A DNA stretch of 41,590 nucleotides from an uncultured Saprospiraceae bacterium (lineage in GTDB: Bacteria > Bacteroidota > Bacteroidia > Chitinophagales > Saprospiraceae), in contig CAZNCI010000002.1 of assembly GCA_964571475.1 (NCBI GenBank), positions 1 through 41,590 on the forward strand, given 5' to 3'. The notes under the pieces are model-generated. The model was not told the DNA's origin. It did no database searches and saw only the letters and a program-made list of their open reading frames with translations. Shown here piece by piece: positions 35,483 to 41,590 of this stretch. A program made the translations under genes and the position numbers. Within the stretch, counting starts at the first letter, position 1, and each line of letters begins with the position of its first letter.

Positions 35483-36115
35483 ATGAAGTTACGTTGGAAG
35501 ATAGCGCAAGCCGCAGAAATCCGTTGGTGGAGGCAATACCTGAAAGGGAAATCCATCCCTGATTACAAACACAATAAAGCACAATACTGGCATAGAGTAT
35601 TGGCAGATCTTGCACCCTTTCTTTTACCTTACGGAAAAATATTGGATGCGGGCTGTGGACCTGCCGGAATTTTCATGGTTTTGCCTGATAAAGAGGTAAA
35701 AGCCATTGACCCTCTTTTGGATCAATACGAATATTTGCCGCATTTTTCTAAAACAGACTACCCTTGGGTCTCCTTCGAGAATATCAGCCTGGAGTCTTTT
35801 AGCACCAATCAAAAATACGACACCATTTTCTGCTTAAATGCCATCAATCACGTTGATGACATTCAAAAAAGCCTTGATGTCCTTTTTCAGACAATAAAAC
35901 CGGGAGGGCAATTAATCATCTCCACAGATGCCCATAAATATAAATGGTTAAAGAAAATTTTTCAATGGCTGCCGGGAGATATCCTGCATCCTCACCAGTA
36001 TGACACCAAAGATTACACTCAAATGCTGACCAGCAGAGGTGGCAATATCATACAAACGATCACCTCTAAACCCGGAAATATTTTTGATTATATCATCTTC
36101 GTATTGAGGGTTTAA
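35483..36115 (+). CDS. Class I SAM-dependent methyltransferase
   Basis: Motif I is ILDAGCGPAG. The post-I acidic residue (AID) and motif IIFCLNAINHV are present, as is PGGQLIIS. Confidence 0.75.
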   Translation: MKLRWKIAQAAEIRWWRQYLKGKSIPDYKHNKAQYWHRVLADLAPFLLPYGKILDAGCGPAGIFMVLPDKEVKAIDPLLDQYEYLPHFSKTDYPWVSFENISLESFSTNQKYDTIFCLNAINHVDDIQKSLDVLFQTIKPGGQLIISTDAHKYKWLKKIFQWLPGDILHPHQYDTKDYTQMLTSRGGNIIQTITSKPGNIFDYIIFVLRV

Positions 36116-36152
36116 AATAAAACCCCTACATTTGATAAAAAAATATAAGAAA

Positions 36153-37730
36153 ATGATTTTTAGAAGAAGCCTATTATCTACTTTATTAGTATTTGTAATA
36201 AATTTTGTTATTGCTCAGTCGTCCAGTCCTTTTAGAGGACAAAGTGAGGTATTTTTAAACGGTAATGAACAGAGCGCCGTTAAAGAATTCCCCATCGCCA
36301 ACGACGGACCTTTTCTCTCTTTTTGCGTAAAGTCAGCAAACCCGGTAGAGGGACTTCTTATCCGGTTCTCCGAAGATAATGTATCATGGGCAGATTGGAA
36401 AACCATTGAAGATGACGAACACGCTCAGGAAGGAGAAATTGGCTGGATTAGCGCTCAGGGCTTTATAGATGCCAACTTTCGGTATTATCAATTAAAAACA
36501 ACTCATCCTGATCCAGTCAATGTTTCCGTTCATTTTTTTAATCCCCAATTCACTGAACGCTTAACAGAAACTGACCAAAATACGATCATCTCAGGGCGGG
36601 ATTGTACCTGCCCCATCCCGTCTTTTCAAAATAGGAGCCAATGGTGCCCATCCGGGAACTGTCCGGAACACCCCAATCCATCTTACACGCAGGTGACACA
36701 CTTAATCGTTCACCATTCTGCCGGATCCAACACCTCCAATGATTGGGCGGCTGTTGTTCGGTCAATATGGAGCTTCCACGTTAACGACAGGGGTTGGTCT
36801 GATATTGGTTACAACTGGCTGGTTGCCCCTTCCGGCACTATATTTCAGGGGAGAGGTGACAATATTATTGGCGCCCACTTCTGTGGAAAAAACAGCAAAA
36901 CGATGGGTGTCTGTATGATGGGAACTTATATGACGGTGCTGCCGCAGGATACGGCCGTTGCCAGTTTGCAAAAATTATTATCATGGAAAGCCTGCCAGGA
37001 AGACATCGATCCATTGGCAACAAAATACCATCCTTCATCCGGTAAATATTTAAAACAAATATCAGGACATAGAGATGGATGTTCTACTGCCTGCCCTGGA
37101 GATTTATTTTACCCAACTCTTCCTGAAATACGTCAGCAGGTTAGCTTACGCGTGACTAATAATTGTGCCAATATTTTTGCCCCCGCCCCTTTAAACGCCA
37201 GTATTCAAGACAACCATGTACAATTATCCTGGACGGACAATAGCGATAATGAAGTTGGGTTTATTCTGGAGCGGATGGCCGCTAATGAAACAGAATTTTC
37301 CAAACTTGTAGAACTTCCTGCTGGTAGTACGTCTTATTTGGATGAGACGATTGAAGCCGATGTTTATTATGGATATAGATTAAAATCCTATAACACGCAG
37401 GACACCTCCATGTACAGTAATGAATTATGGATATCTACTTCTTTTGGGGTAAGAACGGAGGATCAGTTTCTCAATGATAATACCGTTCAATTATTTCCCA
37501 ATCCAACTACCTCGCAATTTACACTAAAGGTAGAAAATGAATTATCAGGGAAAGTAGATATTGAAATTCTATCTGCCAATATGGAAGTAGTCAATACCTT
37601 TTCTTTTAATAAAAATACTTTTGCGAAAAGCAAAACGTTAGAACTAAAAAATCAGGCTCCCGGACTTTATTTCGTCAAAGTCAGGCAAGGAGATGCCGTT
37701 GGTGTTTTTAAGATAGTCAAAGTAAAATAA
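36153..37730 (+). CDS. T9SS-secreted N-acetylmuramoyl-L-alanine amidase (PGRP/Amidase_2) with FN3 domain and Por C-terminal sorting domain
   Basis: A signal peptide follows the ATG at 36153. The amidase_2 core is HLIVHHSAG...GWSDIGYNWLV...GAHF....GHRD...TACPG. An FN3-like block (LSWTDNSDNEVGFILER...YYGYRLKSYN) follows. The C-terminus LFPNPTTSQFTL....PGLYFVKV...KIVKVK is a T9SS CTD. Confidence 0.8.
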   Translation: MIFRRSLLSTLLVFVINFVIAQSSSPFRGQSEVFLNGNEQSAVKEFPIANDGPFLSFCVKSANPVEGLLIRFSEDNVSWADWKTIEDDEHAQEGEIGWISAQGFIDANFRYYQLKTTHPDPVNVSVHFFNPQFTERLTETDQNTIISGRDCTCPIPSFQNRSQWCPSGNCPEHPNPSYTQVTHLIVHHSAGSNTSNDWAAVVRSIWSFHVNDRGWSDIGYNWLVAPSGTIFQGRGDNIIGAHFCGKNSKTMGVCMMGTYMTVLPQDTAVASLQKLLSWKACQEDIDPLATKYHPSSGKYLKQISGHRDGCSTACPGDLFYPTLPEIRQQVSLRVTNNCANIFAPAPLNASIQDNHVQLSWTDNSDNEVGFILERMAANETEFSKLVELPAGSTSYLDETIEADVYYGYRLKSYNTQDTSMYSNELWISTSFGVRTEDQFLNDNTVQLFPNPTTSQFTLKVENELSGKVDIEILSANMEVVNTFSFNKNTFAKSKTLELKNQAPGLYFVKVRQGDAVGVFKIVKVK

Positions 37731-37760
37731 ATAAATGCCTGACAGCCAAAACCCAAAAAT

Positions 37761-39540
37761 ATGTCAAAGAAAAAATACAAAATAGGATTAACAATGGCCG
37801 GAGCAGTATCCGCTGGTGCCTATACTGCCGGGGTCATTGATTACCTATTGGAAACCCTGCAAAAATGGGAGGATGCCAAGGCAGCCAATGAAGAAAATAT
37901 TCCCAATGATTACGAAGTAATTATTGAGATCATCAGTGGAGCATCTGCCGGAGGCATTACGGCTGCACTCGTCCCATTTTGCCTCTCAAAAGAGCATCAG
38001 CCGGTAAACCACAACAACAAAGAAGGTAAAAACAACCTACTGTATGATTCATGGGTCAATATGGTCGAAAAGCCCAATGCTTCTATGATTCAACAATTAT
38101 TGAATACCGATGATCTGCCTATCAATGACGCCGGCAACAAAGAAGTACAATCACTTCTCAACTCTGACCCCATTGATGCCATTGCAGATAAAGCACTCCA
38201 AAAATCAGCCTCGACGGATAAACTACCGGCTTATATTTCCGACAATTTAGATATCGTACTAACCGTCACCAATTTAAAGGGACTAGACTTTAATATTGAG
38301 TACAAATCATATCAAAACTCTACCCCATCGAGTATCACCATGCACAGTGGTTATTTCCGATACCGGTTAGGCAATGGAAGTAGCGATGATTATTTGCGAC
38401 TGGATTTAACCCAGTCCAAATACAGGGAAGAATTAATTGCTGCCGCTAAATGCACCAGTGCTTTCCCCATTGGATTAAAGGCGCGTACCAAGCAAATGAA
38501 ACTAAAATATATTGAAAAATACGCCGAAAGTTTATTTCCCAAACATCAAAAAAAATGTGACGCTTTCCGATGAGATTTTAAACCATCCCAATTATAGTTT
38601 CATCGCTGTCGATGGTGGCATGATTAATAACGAACCTCTGGGTTACACCAGCCGGTTCATGAAAGAAAAAATTGACAAAACGAATGATGCCAATCAAAAA
38701 GATTATTCCCTGATTATCATAGACCCCTTTCCGAGTCATGTTTCGGAGGATATACTGGAAAGCACAACCGGCTTACTCAGTATTTTTCCACAATTAATCC
38801 GAACCCTCCGCAATCAGGTCATGTTCAAGCAGGATGATTTATTCGAGGCACTCTCTGATCAAAATAGCGACCGGTTCCTGATTGAACCCACTCGTAAGGA
38901 AAATGGACAACGCGTTAAAAACCCGATTGCAAGTGGAGCTTTAGGCGGATTTAGTGGTTTTTTTGATAAAAAATTCCGCCAACATGATTTTGAATTAGGA
39001 CGCCGAAATTGTCAATCTTTTATCCGGTACTATTTTGCTAAAAAAGAAAGTGAAAATCATTATATTCACGAGCAATGGACAGATGCCATGAAGGATCGTT
39101 TTCGATTTTTCCGTAAGGATAAAAATGGTCATAAAATCAGTTTCCTCCCCATCATCCCCGATCCCGATGTATTGGTCGCTGATCGCAAAAAAGAAAATAA
39201 CTATCAATCTGTTTATAAGGTTCCATTCGAGCAGCCCATGGACTTCCCTAAATACCATATCTCAAGATTCATCGACTTCAAAGGACATTTAAAATATAGA
39301 CTTCAGGGAGTTTTCAAACAATTAGTCATCGACTTCAATCAGGGTAAACTCAATGAATACGACCCGGAGGATGATGCCTATTTGAAAAAATTCAAAGCTT
39401 ACCGCAAGCTCAATAAAAAATTAGGCGGCTGGGTAAAAAAACGTGCGGCTCTTTACCTTGGTCAACGATTCAGTAAGGAAGCTACCAAAGTTATCCGGGA
39501 TGATTTTCGAAGCTATGGATTATTGGAGGAGGAAGAGTAA
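37761..39540 (+). pseudogene. Patatin-like phospholipase split by a +1 frameshift (ORFs 37761-38573 and 38512-39540)
   Basis: ORF1 carries the oxyanion motif GLTMAGAVSAGAY and the nucleophile elbow GASAG. ORF2 carries the catalytic Asp motif AVDGGMINNEP plus a C-terminal GALGGFSGFFDKKFRQHDFELGRRN region. ORF2 begins only at a TTG, and its frame is closed by TAA at 38503-38505. Removing one A from the A8 run fuses both ORFs into about 592 aa. Confidence 0.75.
38548..38555 (+). repeat. A8 homopolymer at the patatin frameshift site
   Basis: CATCAAAAAAAATGTG. This is the only homopolymer of 6 nt or more inside the 68-nt stretch (38506-38573) where both frames are open. Confidence 0.85.
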
Positions 39541-39543
39541 TTT

Positions 39544-41553
39544 TTAATTCACCATCTTCCATCGGATGCCCAGGCGCATTCCTTCGTTGGGAAAAGGGTA
39601 ATAAGCAGTCGTATAATAAAATGACTTTCTTCCCAGTAGCCGAGTCATATTTTCATATTTAACAAAAAAGCGAAAAGAGTTAATTTTAAAATCAAACCAG
39701 GCATCCAAATTGGGGTAAAAATCAAGGGTTTGGCGGTTTTGGAGCTGAAAATTCCCCGTTACCGGGTTATAGTATTGTGCCTTAAAATGGTCTAAATATC
39801 GAACATCCATCCCTAATTGAAACAACATTTTCCTGAATTTACTCCTAAAATAAAAGCTGTGCTTACCAAACCAGATAGGCACAGGAGCCAGCTCACTATC
39901 GGACACCTGCCATACAATTGTATTCGCCAGATGAAACTTCCCAATACGAAAATCCTTGGAAACAATTAAAGAAAGAATGCTTATCGGAGTTCCTGTTTGC
40001 TGAGGCAAACCCAGTGTATCATAATAAATATAATTATTCAACAACCGATAAATTCCAGTCGCTTTAAAATGGTATTTCGCCAGCTCATAAGTTCCCCTCA
40101 AACTGTTATTGAGTGTTTTTTTAAAATCATTATTCCAGACTAATTTTTGGCTTATCCGAAACTGGCTTTGCGTCCACGATGGAGCAGAGAGTTGACTCGT
40201 CAGTCCGGCAGTAAGCATTCCGGCTTTATTCAAGTTGATTTTCAAAGTTCCGGCAAGGTAATAATCGCCGGCATTATCCCATAGCCCGAGATGTGCTTTA
40301 GCCCTTAATTCAAGCCGATCTTTAAGCGGCAATATCCACTCCCCCGTCACCATTAGATTATTTATCACTGTATCAACGGGCTCCATATATAGCTGATGTC
40401 GGTTATGTAGCATCCCCACAGAGAGGTAATCTCCCTTAAAAGCTGTCGGTCGCTTCGTTTTTTTCTGTGCAGCATGTGTAATAATTCTAAATTGATTACG
40501 CACACTAAAATCCGTCATAAAAACCCGCGAACCCCGATCATCGACATCCAGTACAGGAAACCATTGGGGAAAAAGTGTATCCGTCGCCACCTTAACCGAG
40601 CTAAATTTATATTTATCCCGACTATACAAAAAGTCATGAGCAATCTTATAATTTCGTTTAGTTGTTTTATGGGTACTGTCCTTTTGGGTTTTTCTCAATT
40701 GATAATAATGGGTATATCCCCATCTTCGTTCCTGTTGACGGGTCTTTGCCTCCGAGAGTAATATCGCTCCTGAGGACAATGTTAAAGTTGCTCCAGCCCC
40801 CAAATCTTCAGGTTTTGGCTCGACATAAACACCTCCATTGTCTTCCTGCTCAATAGTATTGGATACAAAGGTAAAAAAGCCATCATAGCGTTTATTCTTA
40901 CTTTGATAACGCAAACCTGTTGCAAGTCCTGTATTTCGGGTATTTTGTCTATTGTATTGCGAAAGCCTTCCCAGCTGACTAATGCGATTATAATCCAGCG
41001 AAAGAGCAATTCCATTGGCAAATTGTTTCCCAAATTTAGCGGCGACCATCTCATCAGCCTGCTCTGACCCCAATACAAAGCCCAACTCTGAAAAGGCTTT
41101 TTTTACGATATAAAAAGGCAATTCCTTTCCGCTTTTTTTATAGGGATCAAACACATCCAAACCCACATAAAACCCCTGATGCTCAACAGGGGTATAAATC
41201 AAAGAATGAGTGGCAGAGCCTATATTTCCGAGGTGCATCAAATCGACTTCTTTCAGCCGGGCAGGATCGTATTGATGTGAACTTTTAGTCAATGCCGTAT
41301 CCAAATAAGCATTTATGAATGCGGGGTGCTCCAGTTTTGTCAAAAAGACACCAAAGGTATCAATCGTATTAGAAACCTCCTGCTGCTGCCCGGAGAAAGT
41401 TGTGTCCCGGCCAGTTGTCGTCCTTGCCCCACCCGGGTTATTGCGAATAGGATCCCTTTGTGCATGAATATTATAAGACAATAACAGCATTATGCCTATC
41501 CAAAAGCAACTTTTTTTGTTCATAAACAAACGATGGTATTTATATTTATTCAT
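39544..41553 (-). CDS. Outer-membrane beta-barrel protein (Bacteroidetes 'putative porin' type)
   Basis: About 669 aa with a signal peptide ending LLLSYNIHAQ. The sequence is rich in alternating aromatic/hydrophilic beta-strand patterns and ends in ...LGIRWKMVN. Start ATGs are possible at 41553 or 41523, and the 41556 start is TTG. Confidence 0.7.
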   Translation of the reverse strand: MNKYKYHRLFMNKKSCFWIGIMLLLSYNIHAQRDPIRNNPGGARTTTGRDTTFSGQQQEVSNTIDTFGVFLTKLEHPAFINAYLDTALTKSSHQYDPARLKEVDLMHLGNIGSATHSLIYTPVEHQGFYVGLDVFDPYKKSGKELPFYIVKKAFSELGFVLGSEQADEMVAAKFGKQFANGIALSLDYNRISQLGRLSQYNRQNTRNTGLATGLRYQSKNKRYDGFFTFVSNTIEQEDNGGVYVEPKPEDLGAGATLTLSSGAILLSEAKTRQQERRWGYTHYYQLRKTQKDSTHKTTKRNYKIAHDFLYSRDKYKFSSVKVATDTLFPQWFPVLDVDDRGSRVFMTDFSVRNQFRIITHAAQKKTKRPTAFKGDYLSVGMLHNRHQLYMEPVDTVINNLMVTGEWILPLKDRLELRAKAHLGLWDNAGDYYLAGTLKINLNKAGMLTAGLTSQLSAPSWTQSQFRISQKLVWNNDFKKTLNNSLRGTYELAKYHFKATGIYRLLNNYIYYDTLGLPQQTGTPISILSLIVSKDFRIGKFHLANTIVWQVSDSELAPVPIWFGKHSFYFRSKFRKMLFQLGMDVRYLDHFKAQYYNPVTGNFQLQNRQTLDFYPNLDAWFDFKINSFRFFVKYENMTRLLGRKSFYYTTAYYPFPNEGMRLGIRWKMVN

Positions 41554-41590
41554 CAATGCACTTTCCTTTTTTTGAACTACTCCTTATTTA

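Noticed and set aside
38512-39540. Treating the second patatin ORF as an independent gene
   Set aside because: Its only start before the catalytic DGG motif is a TTG lying within ORF1's reading frame. On its own it would lack the GxSxG nucleophile. It is better explained as the downstream half of a frameshifted gene.
37761-39540. Patatin as the effector of a CBASS-like or other anti-phage defence system
   Set aside because: No cyclase/nucleotidyltransferase, sensor, NTPase or other defence partner is adjacent. The flanks are an amidase and a porin. The C-terminal region looks like the stand-alone patatin-related family rather than CapV. I therefore cannot support a defence-system claim.

Overview
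This 41.6-kb window is a chromosomal segment of a Bacteroidota-type genome, with moderate to low GC by eye. The phylum call rests on a T9SS C-terminal sorting domain, TAnnTTTG promoter motifs, a type III glutamine synthetase, ribosomal protein L31 type B, and a large Bacteroidetes-style 'putative porin'. Coding density is high and I call about 36 protein genes. I could not support any rRNA, tRNA, CRISPR array, integrase or transposase.

The centre of the window (18.8-32.3 kb, minus strand) is one tightly packed gene string: korA-korB (2-oxoglutarate:ferredoxin oxidoreductase), nuoA-B-C-D-H-I-J-K-L-M-N, and a 109-aa unknown ORF. The NADH-oxidising nuoE/F/G genes are absent from this string. A YfhL-type 2x[4Fe-4S] ferredoxin is transcribed divergently from korA. 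I consider this candidate ferredoxin-fed complex I module the most interesting system here.

The left part is housekeeping:
- msrC-like GAF protein, MscS channel and a beta-lactamase-family hydrolase
- a clpS-aat N-degron pair
- rpmE2, a GlmU-like nucleotidyltransferase, an M28/glutaminyl-cyclase-like lipoprotein and thiL
- two translationally coupled secreted thioredoxin paralogs
- GH25 lysozyme, MFS transporter, fused E1 alpha/beta dehydrogenase and glnN

The right part looks more accessory. It holds a small wHTH gene behind a 449-bp repeat-rich leader, serA-like dehydrogenase, a secreted unknown, a SAM methyltransferase and a T9SS-secreted PGRP-type amidase. It also holds a patatin-like phospholipase whose Ser and Asp catalytic motifs lie in two frames across an A8 homopolymer, and an outer-membrane porin.

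Non-coding oddities are listed separately:
- two covarying palindromic repeat units at the window start
- a 137-nt structured insert between nuoM and nuoN
- an 11-bp-arm inverted repeat abutting the glnN start codon
- TAGAT iterons
- a C10 tract

All functional calls come from reading motifs in the supplied translations. No database search was run.
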